Shown: positions 1-8,902 of the stretch, one piece after another
Position numbering within the stretch: position 1 is the stretch's first letter
How the letters are laid out: each line of letters opens with the position of its first letter
Assembly (NCBI GenBank): GCA_964450135.1
Contig: CAYVCF010000002.1
Coordinates: 1 to 34,543, forward strand
From: Candidatus Woesearchaeota archaeon
GTDB taxonomy: Archaea; Nanobdellota; Nanobdellia; Pacearchaeales; GW2011-AR1
Length of the DNA stretch: 34,543 nucleotides
Reading direction: 5' to 3'
Translations under genes and position numbers: made by a program
Notes under the pieces: model-generated
The model's database searches: none
Told to the model about the DNA's origin: nothing
The model's input: the letters and a program-made list of their open reading frames with translations, nothing else

Positions 1-100
1 CGTCGTAGTTTTGCTAATTTTTAAGCTTTTTTGGTGCTAAAATGTCTCAATCACCAAAATTAATATCAAAAGAGAGAGAATAAATCTTCCCCAAAAATAA

Positions 101-205
101 GGTTTAAACTGTGGTTATGTTCACGAAGGCGAAGAAGCTCCTGCAAATTGTCCTGCTTGCAAACATCCTCAAGCATATTATGAAGTATTGGAGGAAAATT
201 ATTAG
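101..205 (+). pseudogene. Rubrerythrin C-terminal rubredoxin-like fragment (34 codons, no start codon)
   Basis: The frame reads GLNCGYVHEGEEAPANCPACKHPQAYYEVLEENY-stop, which matches the rubrerythrin C-terminal Cys4 knuckle. An in-frame TAA lies at 98-100. Gly replaces the first Cys of the first CxxC. No ferritin-like domain lies upstream. Confidence 0.4.
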
Positions 206-290
206 TTTTCTATTTTTACCGACGAGAAAATCAATTGCAAAATATAATTTGGTTTGTTTCATAAACTTAGAAAGAAAATAATAATACAAC

Positions 291-420
291 TGGTTTCGCT
301 GAAAATCTTAATTATTGTTAATTGCAAAAAACTTTGTTCACGATTTCAAAACCAATAATCAAAAGTGAAAATTTCGTTTTGCATTAATAATCTCTTAAAA
401 AATTTTTCGTCAGTGAATAC
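291..420. repeat. Intergenic repeat module X, copy 1
   Basis: Aligns by eye at about 70-80% with 2444-2570. The shared string is tggYttcgcYgaaaat..ttaatt..ttgcaaaaaa..tttg..cacg..ttcaaaa ... ttttcgtc. Confidence 0.5.
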
Positions 421-569
421 AAGAAAAATTTTAATTTTCTCGCGACTTCGTCGCGCAATTTATTTAAAGTTATTAATCTTTAAAATTCTGAATTAAAGTT
501 TGTCGCGATTTGCAAAATCTTCATTCAACAATTTGTCGACGATAAACTCGATTAAAAAATTGCGTCGCA

Positions 570-1085
570 TTAATTATTTTTCAAAAAATTTTTTAATTCA
601 GAAATTTGTTCTTCAGTTAATTGTATTCTATAAACTTTTATTCTCGGAGAAGGAGCAGAATGTTCAACTGCATATTGTTTTCCATCTTCACATTCATATA
701 AATTAATTGAAGTATAGATTGGGAGATTGATAAATTGCGGTTGAAAAGAAGTTTCAGAAATAATTTTACATCCTTTCACTATTGCTTGACATTCTTCATA
801 TTTTGAATAATCAAAAATATTATTACATTCTTCAACACCCCTTAAATTTTTTATAATTTCTAATTTATCAAAAATCTCTTGTTCGGGAAGTTCAGAACAA
901 AAACCAAAACTCGGAGTAATTCCTTTAGTCTTACATTCATTTAATTCATTTAAATATTTTTCAAACCCTAAATCTTTTTCTTTAGTTCTATCATATGAAT
1001 CTTTTTGCGGATTAAAAATTAAAAAAATTAGAGCACCAATGAAAACAAGTAATATAACACAAACCCAAATAATTTTTTGTTTCAT
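570..1085 (-). CDS. Hypothetical membrane-anchored Cys-containing protein
   Basis: 171-aa ORF with an N-terminal hydrophobic helix (IIWVCVILLVFIGALIFLIF). I recognise no family. Confidence 0.55.
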   Translation of the reverse strand: MKQKIIWVCVILLVFIGALIFLIFNPQKDSYDRTKEKDLGFEKYLNELNECKTKGITPSFGFCSELPEQEIFDKLEIIKNLRGVEECNNIFDYSKYEECQAIVKGCKIISETSFQPQFINLPIYTSINLYECEDGKQYAVEHSAPSPRIKVYRIQLTEEQISELKNFLKNN

Positions 1086-1132
1086 ATCCTAAAATAACTT
1101 TTCTTGTTTAAAAATCTTTTCCTTAAAATTAT

Positions 1133-2128
1133 TTACACCACACAATTAGCAGCAGTAGTTGAAGCAGTTGCAGTAGAACTCAATGCAGTTCCGCATTGAC
1201 TTGGAGCAGTGTTAAATGCAGAACAAACAGATGTCTTGAAAGCATCAGCAGTTCTTGCAGAATTTACTTTTACTCCATTAACCACTAAAGTTGGTGAACC
1301 AGAAACTCCGCTTTGTTGTGCTTTGTCTGAATATGCTTTAATTAATGCTTCTCCGTCGCTGTCAACACAAGCCAAAACTTTTGTTGAGTCAATTCCAAGC
1401 GACTTCATTAATTTCACTGACTCATCTTTATCGCAAGCAACATCTCTTGAAGAACTGCATTTTGGATAAATTGTTTTTACAAATTCTGCTGCATAGTCCC
1501 AGTATTTATCTTTTGCAAGTTTTTGAATGCACGCTTGAATTTTATTTTGCTGTGTCTCAAATGCGCCGTGTCCGTCGTAATAAAGAATTGTATTGAACTC
1601 TGCTTTATCTTTTAATAATTTTGCAACTTCAGCTAACGGCCCTTGAGCTTGAACTCCATAAGGACAATAAGACCAAATAAATAGTTCCACAACTGGCTTG
1701 TCTGATTTTGTAATTTCTGCGGGGGTTTGAGAATTTTGTTGAGAAGCATCAGGAGAAATATCTTCATTAATCGGGTTTAAACTTCCTGCTAAATTTCCGT
1801 CTTTAGTCATATAAAGAGGAATAGTATTATTTTGATATTCAAAATTAACTTTGTAAACTGAACCTATATCTTCAACAGAATCCAAGGTAAGTCCTTCAAC
1901 CCCTGATGACTGGTAAAACGCTAAAAGTTTTTCACCAGCTTCATTTTCAGAAATAATATTTCCAGTTAAACCGCCAGAAAAATTAGTAATTAATAAAACC
2001 AAAACAAAAAGTCCAAGAACAAAAGTTGAAGCAACCCAAGGATTTTTTCTCATAACATCAACCAAACTTTGTTTAGGTTCTGAAACTGAATTTTCCAACG
2101 GGGTTATTGCCTCTTTGTTTTCTTCCAT
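1133..2128 (-). CDS. Membrane-anchored DsbA-like thioredoxin-fold protein
   Basis: N-terminal TM (WVASTFVLGLFVLVLLI). The thioredoxin-like core has FIWSYCPYGVQ, a CPYG site with a single Cys, and a C-terminal GSPTLVVNG motif typical of the DsbA family. Confidence 0.7.
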   Translation of the reverse strand: MEENKEAITPLENSVSEPKQSLVDVMRKNPWVASTFVLGLFVLVLLITNFSGGLTGNIISENEAGEKLLAFYQSSGVEGLTLDSVEDIGSVYKVNFEYQNNTIPLYMTKDGNLAGSLNPINEDISPDASQQNSQTPAEITKSDKPVVELFIWSYCPYGVQAQGPLAEVAKLLKDKAEFNTILYYDGHGAFETQQNKIQACIQKLAKDKYWDYAAEFVKTIYPKCSSSRDVACDKDESVKLMKSLGIDSTKVLACVDSDGEALIKAYSDKAQQSGVSGSPTLVVNGVKVNSARTADAFKTSVCSAFNTAPSQCGTALSSTATASTTAANCVV

Positions 2129-2443
2129 AGAAAGTTGATGAAAAAATCATTTATAAATATTTTGGTTTGGAAGAATATATTTGGAAAAGAGATTATCATT
2201 GATTTTAAAAAACTTTAAAATTATTTTTTAAGATGTAAAATTATGAATTAGGTTTCGTCAGGGTTTTTTATTTTTAATTTATTTCTTTTTTTCTTTTTCC
2301 GAAGATAAACTTTATTTTTTTAACTTACAAGAACTCCTTCAAAAAATTACGAGCAAGAAAAATTTCCAAATCAATTCGTGATTTTGTCGCGCAAATAAAA
2401 TTTTTTCGCTTCGCGAAAATTTATTTTTTATTAATAATAAATT

Positions 2444-2570
2444 TGGCTTCGCCGAAAATTTAATTGATTGTAACTTGCAAAAAATTTGCACGCAACTTCA
2501 AAAACATATCTTTGATTAAAAATTTTCTCTTTTATTAATTTTTTCAAAAGATTTTTTCGTCGAGTTAAAT
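2444..2570. repeat. Intergenic repeat module X, copy 2
   Basis: See 291-420. The adjacent module Y (caagaaaaattt...gtcgcgca) occurs at 2352-2400 and at 418-465, in a different order relative to X. Confidence 0.5.
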
Positions 2571-2769
2571 CTTGAGTTGAAAAAACCTTAGGTTTAACTT
2601 TCATGCGATATCAACCGGAGGCCGAAGGTTTACACTTTCAATCGCATCACAATAAAAAAGAAAGTGTGGGCCTGAGTAGGGAGTTTTCGCGAAGTCGCAT
2701 CAAAAATTAGAGCGAGGGCTCGAGTTAAAAAATATCACACACCGGAACAAAGAGGGAAAATTCTAAAAG

Positions 2770-2802
2770 ACCCAGAAAATTTGCCAAAAGAATTTTCTGG
2801 GT
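2770..2802 (-). terminator. Perfect 12-bp inverted repeat hairpin downstream of the phosphoesterase gene
   Basis: acccagaaaatt / tgccaaaag / aattttctgggt. On the minus strand it sits about 55 nt after the stop at 2857 and is followed by a T-rich run. Confidence 0.4.
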
Positions 2803-2856
2803 TCCAGAAATTTCAAACCAATTAAAAAAATTTCCGGAAAAACCGCAAGGTTGTCT

Positions 2857-3498
2857 TTAAATTTCAAATATCGTTGGAGTTCTTGAAACATTTATCACAA
2901 AAGTATTATTTATTTTTTCTTGAAGCCCGCCTGCTTCGTGAATATGCGCTGAAATTAAAACATCGGGATGAAGTTCTTGAATTGCCTTTCTAACTGCTTT
3001 TGAACCCTTGAAACCAAAAATTTCTGCCTTGCTTCCTCGAGGGTGCATGTGAGTAACCATAATTTTTTTGTCTTGATCTTTTACATATCTAAATCCTTTT
3101 CTTAATAATTTTAAAATTTCATCAGAGTTTTTCCCCTCTCTTCCCCAATCAACTGTTCCTGCTCCGAAAATTCCAATATCATTTTTTTTAAATGCATAAC
3201 CATGAATATTTGTTGCGTTGTCATAAACTTGCGAGAGAAAATCTGTTGTATCTCCTCCCTCATGATTTCCTGGAATTAACAAAACTGGTTTGTTTATTTT
3301 TTGAAACGGGGCAATAATATTTTTCATCTCGCGATTTCCCAAAGTAATGTCGCCTGCAAAAATTATCAAATCAACATTTTCTTGTTCTGCTTTTTTCGCG
3401 AGTTTTTTCACAAGCCCAGAATCGCCGTGAATATCTCCGACAGCAAGAATCCTTGTTTTCTTTTCTGATTTTTTTTCAAATTCTTTTTTTGTTTTCAT
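2857..3498 (-). CDS. Calcineurin-like metallophosphoesterase (YfcE/MJ0936-like)
   Basis: Motifs ILAVGDIHGD, AGDITLGN, LIPGNHEG, VTHMHP and SAHIHEAGG appear in the canonical order. Confidence 0.85.
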   Translation of the reverse strand: MKTKKEFEKKSEKKTRILAVGDIHGDSGLVKKLAKKAEQENVDLIIFAGDITLGNREMKNIIAPFQKINKPVLLIPGNHEGGDTTDFLSQVYDNATNIHGYAFKKNDIGIFGAGTVDWGREGKNSDEILKLLRKGFRYVKDQDKKIMVTHMHPRGSKAEIFGFKGSKAVRKAIQELHPDVLISAHIHEAGGLQEKINNTFVINVSRTPTIFEI

Positions 3499-3557
3499 AA
3501 TTATTATAGGATATAAATGAATATAAATCTTTATAAATAATTTGTCTATGAAATTTT

Positions 3558-4199
3558 ATGGAACAATTTGACTGGACACATTTAAACTTGATATTTCCAG
3601 AATTTATTAGTACAGGAAGTGATTTTTGGAAAAATTTTCAAGAAACTCCGAAATTTCAAATGGGGATTGTTGATTTCAAATTAAAAGATATCGGAGTAGA
3701 AATATATTTGCCAAAAATTCCTGATTGGTTGGGGGCAAACGTAATTGTCAACAAAAAAATTGTAAAAGGATTTTATGAACGGCTTTCAAAAATAGTTTAT
3801 GAACAAGTGCGTGGAGAATTAACAAGATGTCTTCCTGTTTTTGCAAGATGGAAACCAAATGTTTACAGATATCAAAGAGCAATTAAAGAATGGGCAGGAG
3901 AAATCCCAAATCAGTTAGAATTTACAAATGGTCTCAAATCTGTTTCTGTTGGGGATTATTCTCATATGCGAAAAGGAGTAAGAAGATTCAGTTTGACAGA
4001 TGTTGTTTTACGACTTGGAAAAATTCCAGAAAAAATGCTCGTCAATGAATTAAGACGTTACAGAACTTTTTCAGATTTTGTTATAGAAAATAATAGAGGT
4101 TGTAATTCAGTTACTGGAAAAGGTTTAGTTGATTGTGTTAAAAATTTAGATTTAGTTTATTCTGCCCTCGGAGGATTAAGAGATTTAAAATTTGAATAA
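3558..4199 (+). CDS. Hypothetical protein
   Basis: 213-aa ORF of non-repetitive composition. No family recognised. Confidence 0.5.
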   Translation: MEQFDWTHLNLIFPEFISTGSDFWKNFQETPKFQMGIVDFKLKDIGVEIYLPKIPDWLGANVIVNKKIVKGFYERLSKIVYEQVRGELTRCLPVFARWKPNVYRYQRAIKEWAGEIPNQLEFTNGLKSVSVGDYSHMRKGVRRFSLTDVVLRLGKIPEKMLVNELRRYRTFSDFVIENNRGCNSVTGKGLVDCVKNLDLVYSALGGLRDLKFE

Positions 4200-4462
4200 G
4201 AATATAATTTTAGTTTTATCTCTACTAAATTAATTGATAAATAAAAATCTGGAGAAATAACTGCAATTAATTATCCTCCAAGATTTTCATTTAGAAGAAT
4301 CCCACTTATTGCAAAATTTTGTGAAAGGCATGGTATTAATTAATTTTTAAAAAAGATTTTATAAATTTGCTCTATTAATTTTGTTCAACTCCTTTTTTCA
4401 TTAAATCTTCTATGAAGGATTTTTTTTAAATATTATGGAACAGAAATATTTTTTTGTAATTT

Positions 4463-4711
4463 TTATTTTCCAAAAAAATTATTTATCCATTGATTTGTCT
4501 TTTGTCGTCGGAGATTTCGTTTTTCTTCTTCTTTTTTCTTAAGCATGCTCAATCTGGAATTTGATTGCGAAATTCTTTCCAATCTTTTTTTATCTCTTTC
4601 AGCCAACCTTTTTTGTTCTTCTCTTTTCAACAAATTAATATTTTCAAGAATCGAATCAACTGTCTCTTTTTTTTTCTCAATTTTTTTTGGCTCAAGTTTT
4701 TTAATAATCAT
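4463..4711 (-). CDS. Small Lys/Glu-rich coiled-coil protein (shortened from the 4463..5068 track ORF)
   Basis: The ATG at 4709-4711 (MIIKKLEPKK...) is preceded on the minus strand by TTTATAAA at 4733-4740. The longer upstream extension is low complexity and overlaps the topA start. Confidence 0.4.
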   Translation of the reverse strand: MIIKKLEPKKIEKKKETVDSILENINLLKREEQKRLAERDKKRLERISQSNSRLSMLKKKEEEKRNLRRQKTNQWINNFFGK

Positions 4712-4818
4712 AAAAGAAAATTCAATTTTAAGTTTATAAATATTGTTGCAAAATTTAGCATACAACGAGAAAATATAAAAACACTTAGATATATAAAAAC
4801 CAAGCCCCTTAAAATAAA

Positions 4819-7224
4819 ATGTCCAAGAGACAAAAAAAATCAAAAGAAGAATTAACTGCTGAAAGTTATTTTCCAGTAGATAAACTTGATGTTGAAAGGG
4901 CAACAGAAAAAGAAATAAAAAAATCTTTGCCACGAGAAGAAATTTTAAAGAACACGATTGAGATACCTGCAACAAAAGAAACCCCTTCTGCAGATCTGCT
5001 GAAAAAAAGCATTGAAAAAAAATATTACAAACCAACGATTTTAGAGAGAGAAACAATTGAGAGAGCAATTGAACCTGTTTTGAAAAAAAGCAAATCCTCG
5101 TCGAGAAAGTCCTCTAAAAATAATAAAAAAGAATATTTTCCGGAAAAAATTTCTCTGAAACAAAACGGATATGAAATGATCATCACAGAAAAACCACAAG
5201 CAGCATTTAAAATCGCGTCGGCGTTGGGAAAAATTACAAAAAAAGAAAACTTGAATGTTCCGTATTATGAGTTGGAAAAAAACAAGAAAAAAATTATAGT
5301 AACATGCGCAGTAGGACATTTGTTCACTCTGAAACAAGAAAATTCAAAAGAGCAGTCGCCGGTTTTTAATATTTCATGGATTCCAAATTATTTAGCAAGA
5401 AAAAAAGATTTTACAAAAAGATATTATGACACAATTTTGAAAATAGTGAAAAACGCAGGAAGCATAACAATCGCAACTGACTACGATATTGAAGGAGAAG
5501 TTATTGGACTAAATATTGTAAGATATTTATGCGGACAAAAAGACGCTTCAAGAATGAAGTTCTCAACCCTGACTGAAAAAGAATTAGAAGAAGCGTATGA
5601 AAAAAAATCACCGACGATAAATTGGGGACAAGCGATCGCAGGAGAAACGCGCCACTATTTAGATTGGTATTATGGAATAAATTTATCTCGGGCATTAATG
5701 GAAGCAATTAAATCAACAGGAAAATTTCGCCTAATGTCTATCGGCAGAGTTCAGGGCCCTACACTAAAATTAATTGTTGACAAAGAAAAAGAAATTTTAA
5801 ATTTCAAATCAGAAAATTATTGGCAGGTTTTTATAAAAATCAACGACGATAAAAATGTTTTAGAGTTAAAATATGTCAAAGATATTTTTGACAAAAGCGA
5901 ACTGGAAAAATTCAAAGGACTGAATGGAAAAACTGCAAACGCGATGACTGAAAAGAGTGAGCAAAAACTTCCGCCACAACCTCCGTTTAATTTAACAACT
6001 CTTCAAACAGAGGTCTATAAATTTTATGGAATCACTCCGTCAAAAACTCTGCAAATTGCTCAATCGCTTTATCTTGCAAGTTTGATTTCTTATCCCAGAA
6101 CCTCGTCGCAAAAATTGCCTGCTTCAATTGGTTATGAAAAAATTTTAAATGAACTTGCAAAAAAATACAAGGTTCAAAAATTAATAACAAAAAAAATTCC
6201 ATTAGAAGGAAAAAAATCAGACCCTGCGCACCCGTCAATTTATCCGACGGGAAATTCGCAAATTCTTTCTGGCGACGAGGAAAAAATTTATAACCTCATT
6301 GTAAAAAGATTTCTTTCTCTTTTCTGCGACGACGCGATAATTGACAACAAAATTGTAAAAGCAGAAATAAACAATCTTATATTTTCTACTCGCGGTTTTT
6401 CAATAAGAAAAAAATCTTGGCTTGAAATTTATCCAAGCAAATTAAAAGAAAATCAGATTCCCGACATGAATGGAAAAGTGAAAATTACAGATTCAAAAAT
6501 TGAACAAAAAGAAACTCAGCCCCCAAAAAGATTTTCTCAGGCATCAATAATTTCCCAATTAGAAAAAAAAGATTTGGGAACAAAATCAACTCGTGCAAAT
6601 ATTCTTGAAACTTTATACGACAGAAATTATATTAATGGACAACAAAGCATCTCTGCAACTCCGTTCGGAATTTCTTTAATACAAAGTTTGGAAAAACACT
6701 CGCCAATAATCATCGACGAGAAACTCACGCGCCAGTTTGAGCAAAAAATGGAATCCATTCAAACAGCAAAAAAAGAAATTGAAAAAAAAGAAAAAGAAAT
6801 TTTAGAAGATGCGAAAAAAACAATTGTAAAAATTATAAAACAATTTAAGGAGCAAGAAAAAGAAATTGGAAATGAATTAGTTAAAGCCCAGGAAGAATTA
6901 AGAGAACAGCAAAAAAAAGAAAACACACTTGTCCAATGTCCAAAATGCAAAAAAGGAAATCTTGCAATAAAATATTCTCCAAAAACCAAAAGGCAATTTA
7001 TTGCGTGCGATTCTTATCCTGAATGCAAAACAACCTTTTCTCTTCCGCCAAATGGAATTATAAAAAAGACAAATAAAATTTGCGAGAAATGCAATTTCCC
7101 GACGTTGATGCGTCTTCAAAAAGGAAAACGCCCTTGGGAGTTTTGTTTTAATACTGAATGTGAGACAAATAAGGACTGGGTGAAAAAAAGAGAAGAGAGA
7201 TTAGAGGGAGATAAAAATATTTAA
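4819..7224 (+). CDS. topA: Type IA DNA topoisomerase with C-terminal zinc ribbons
   Basis: Toprim motifs (ITEKPQAA, TDYDIEGE), GRVQGPTL, active-site ISYPRTSSQ, and two Cys4 ribbons (CPKCKKG...CDSYPEC; CEKCNFP...CFNTEC). The first roughly 110 aa form a K/E-rich extension, so the true start may lie downstream. Confidence 0.9.
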   Translation: MSKRQKKSKEELTAESYFPVDKLDVERATEKEIKKSLPREEILKNTIEIPATKETPSADLLKKSIEKKYYKPTILERETIERAIEPVLKKSKSSSRKSSKNNKKEYFPEKISLKQNGYEMIITEKPQAAFKIASALGKITKKENLNVPYYELEKNKKKIIVTCAVGHLFTLKQENSKEQSPVFNISWIPNYLARKKDFTKRYYDTILKIVKNAGSITIATDYDIEGEVIGLNIVRYLCGQKDASRMKFSTLTEKELEEAYEKKSPTINWGQAIAGETRHYLDWYYGINLSRALMEAIKSTGKFRLMSIGRVQGPTLKLIVDKEKEILNFKSENYWQVFIKINDDKNVLELKYVKDIFDKSELEKFKGLNGKTANAMTEKSEQKLPPQPPFNLTTLQTEVYKFYGITPSKTLQIAQSLYLASLISYPRTSSQKLPASIGYEKILNELAKKYKVQKLITKKIPLEGKKSDPAHPSIYPTGNSQILSGDEEKIYNLIVKRFLSLFCDDAIIDNKIVKAEINNLIFSTRGFSIRKKSWLEIYPSKLKENQIPDMNGKVKITDSKIEQKETQPPKRFSQASIISQLEKKDLGTKSTRANILETLYDRNYINGQQSISATPFGISLIQSLEKHSPIIIDEKLTRQFEQKMESIQTAKKEIEKKEKEILEDAKKTIVKIIKQFKEQEKEIGNELVKAQEELREQQKKENTLVQCPKCKKGNLAIKYSPKTKRQFIACDSYPECKTTFSLPPNGIIKKTNKICEKCNFPTLMRLQKGKRPWEFCFNTECETNKDWVKKREERLEGDKNI

Positions 7225-7246
7225 ATTACATTTTCCAAAATATAAA

Positions 7247-7405
7247 ATGACAAAAGAAGATATTGAACTTGCAGAAGAGCATCTTGAAATTGCAGAAGAA
7301 ATTGTTTTGAGTGAAGCAAAAAATTCTAAAAAACCTCTTCTTGAAAAAGTAGCGTTGCTGATTGAAAATGCTGAAGCAGATTTAGAAGAAGCGGAAAAAG
7401 ATTAA
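7247..7405 (+). CDS. Possible 52-aa acidic helical protein
   Basis: The ATG..TAA ORF (MTKEDIELAEEHLEIAEE...) falls below the track cutoff. A tataaaa string lies immediately upstream. Evidence is weak. Confidence 0.3.
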   Translation: MTKEDIELAEEHLEIAEEIVLSEAKNSKKPLLEKVALLIENAEADLEEAEKD

Positions 7406-7511
7406 TCAGGCGTGTTAACTTAAAATATAAAACCTCGTCGGAAAAAAGAGATTTATGCGTAAAAAATAAAAAACAGCAAACTTTAAATCCATAAAAATAT
7501 TTTACCATATT

Positions 7512-7649
7512 ATGAAAAAAGAAATTAAAATCAAACTAAAAAGATGTCCTGTTTGCAACAGCTCGAGAGTTACGCAAAGTAAAAATGGATTTGAATGCAA
7601 AAGATGTGGGTATGTAAATAAAGAATTTAAAGAAAAAACTTTCTCATAA
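7512..7649 (+). CDS. Possible 45-aa zinc-ribbon protein
   Basis: MKKEIKIKLKRCPVCNSSRVTQSKNGFECKRCGYV... contains CPxC-x13-CxxC. Confidence 0.45.
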   Translation: MKKEIKIKLKRCPVCNSSRVTQSKNGFECKRCGYVNKEFKEKTFS

Positions 7650-7804
7650 TTTTTTAAACAATTTAATTTTAGTACTATTGGCTCTGACTCGAAGCCCCAC
7701 TCACTTTTATTTTTTGAGGCGACTGCTCGTAAAAATTCTCGGTAGCTCACACTTGGTTCCCTCGCTTCGCATAATTTTTTAAACAATTTATTTCTATTAT
7801 TTAT

Positions 7805-7904
7805 GGCTCTGTAGCTCAGCTTGGTTAGAGCACCAGACTCTTAAAAGAAAATAAAATAAATTTGAGAAATCTGGGTGTCGAGGGTTCAAGTCCCTTCAGG
7901 GCCA
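7805..7904 (+). tRNA. tRNA-Lys(CUU) with a 25-nt canonical intron (7844-7868)
   Basis: Hand-folded cloverleaf. Acceptor is GGCTCTG/CAGGGCC with discriminator A. D arm is GCTC-AGCTTGGTTA-GAGC. Anticodon stem is CCAGA/TCTGG with loop CTCTTAA once the 25 nt after position 37 are removed. T arm is GAGGG-TTCAAGT-CCCTT. No CCA is encoded. Confidence 0.85.
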
Positions 7905-7940
7905 TCTAATTTATTTAATTTTTATTTTTGAATCCGAGAC
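7897..7940 (+). repeat. Direct repeat copy 1 (tRNA-Lys 3' end plus trailer)
   Basis: tcagggccatctaatttatttaatttttatttttgaatccgaga recurs at 8099-8142 with 2 mismatches. Confidence 0.75.
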
Positions 7941-8098
7941 AAAGTGTCGAGTGAGTTCTTTACTTTTTTAATAAATAAAAATTAGAAAAACAAAAAATTA
8001 ATTTGAAAAAGTAAGGGACGAATAAGCTCAAGTCCCGAGAGTTTACGCGAGAAATATTTGCTTGCGAAATATAAAAATCCGAGCGTGGGCTCGAGTTT

Positions 8099-8142
8099 TC
8101 AGGGCCATTTAATTTATTTAATTTTTATTTTTGAACCCGAGA
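8099..8142 (+). repeat. Direct repeat copy 2 (att-like duplicate of the tRNA-Lys 3' end)
   Basis: tcagggccatttaatttatttaatttttatttttgaacccgaga. It overlaps the last codons of the 8125..8511 gene. Confidence 0.75.
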
Positions 8143-8511
8143 ACTTTCAACATCTCTTTTCATTTCCTTAAAATTAATTCCAAATCTTCCAGATAAACAA
8201 ACAGACCAACCAGCAGAAATTCTCTGACCAATTAAAATTTTTTCAGGTTCATGAATTCCTTTTTCTCCTTGATAAGTTCTGCAAGCAAGACCCTCTAAAT
8301 TTCCGTCGTCAGTAATCTGATACATTTCATCAACAATTCCTTGATTAGAAGTTCTTATATGAAATCCACTTCGCAATAAATTTTTTTCAAAAAGATAACG
8401 AAAATCTGCAAAATCTTTAAAACAAATCCAAGGAACATTTCCCTCAATACTTTGCTGAATATAATCTTCTAATGAAATATATTCTTCGCCTGAAAAAGAT
8501 ATATAACTCAT
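8125..8511 (-). CDS. Hypothetical protein
   Basis: 128-aa ORF of non-repetitive composition. No family recognised. Confidence 0.5.
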   Translation of the reverse strand: MSYISFSGEEYISLEDYIQQSIEGNVPWICFKDFADFRYLFEKNLLRSGFHIRTSNQGIVDEMYQITDDGNLEGLACRTYQGEKGIHEPEKILIGQRISAGWSVCLSGRFGINFKEMKRDVESSRVQK

Positions 8512-8595
8512 AAAGTTTATTTTTTAATCTTGTTTAAATATTTTTGCAACTTGGTTGAATAATAAATCTTTTTAGTCATCTCAATTTTATTTATC

Positions 8596-8615
8596 AAAAA
8601 ACCCTGCGGGTTTTT
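8596..8615. terminator. A-tract/GC-stem/T-tract hairpin
   Basis: aaaaaaccc tgc gggttttt. It is symmetric, so it could act in either direction. Confidence 0.35.
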
Positions 8616-8867
8616 ATTCTACACTAAAGTGTGGAGTTTGTTTTGGTTTTTTGATTCCCAAAAAAATACGCGTATAAATCAACCACAACATAAATGTCGC
8701 GGATTTTTTTTAGGATTAAGAATATCTTTACAAGAAAGTTGAATAATAAATTTATGTGACATCGTCGGAGGTGAGCGATTTCGCGAAGTAGCATCAAAGA
8801 AAAGAGCAAGGTCGCGAATAATAAAGAAATGTCGCTTAACCGCAAAGGAATTTTTTCTACCAATTTA

Positions 8868-8890
8868 GTTTCTTTTTGTGAAAAAGAAAC
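8868..8890 (-). terminator. Perfect 10-bp hairpin just downstream of tfs
   Basis: gtttcttttt gtg aaaaagaaac lies 13 nt after the tfs stop at 8903-8905. Confidence 0.45.
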
Positions 8891-8902
8891 CCAAGGTTCT
8901 TT

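Noticed and set aside
104-289. 61-aa minus-strand ORF
   Set aside because: It is the antisense shadow of the rubrerythrin-like fragment and AT-rich spacer. It is low complexity with no motifs.
4712-5068. N-terminal two-thirds of the 201-aa minus ORF 4463..5068
   Set aside because: It is a Leu/Phe-rich low-complexity translation antisense to the topA 5' region. Only the part from the ATG at 4711, which has its own TATA box, is plausible.
7326-7786. Minus-strand ORFs 7326..7508 and 7502..7786
   Set aside because: They overlap better-supported small plus-strand ORFs and the tRNA-flanking repeats, and their composition is spacer-like.
8624-8863. 79-aa minus ORF
   Set aside because: It covers the GC-rich repeat core and hairpins of a spacer. 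It has no start context and an implausible Leu/Phe-rich sequence. Non-coding is more likely.
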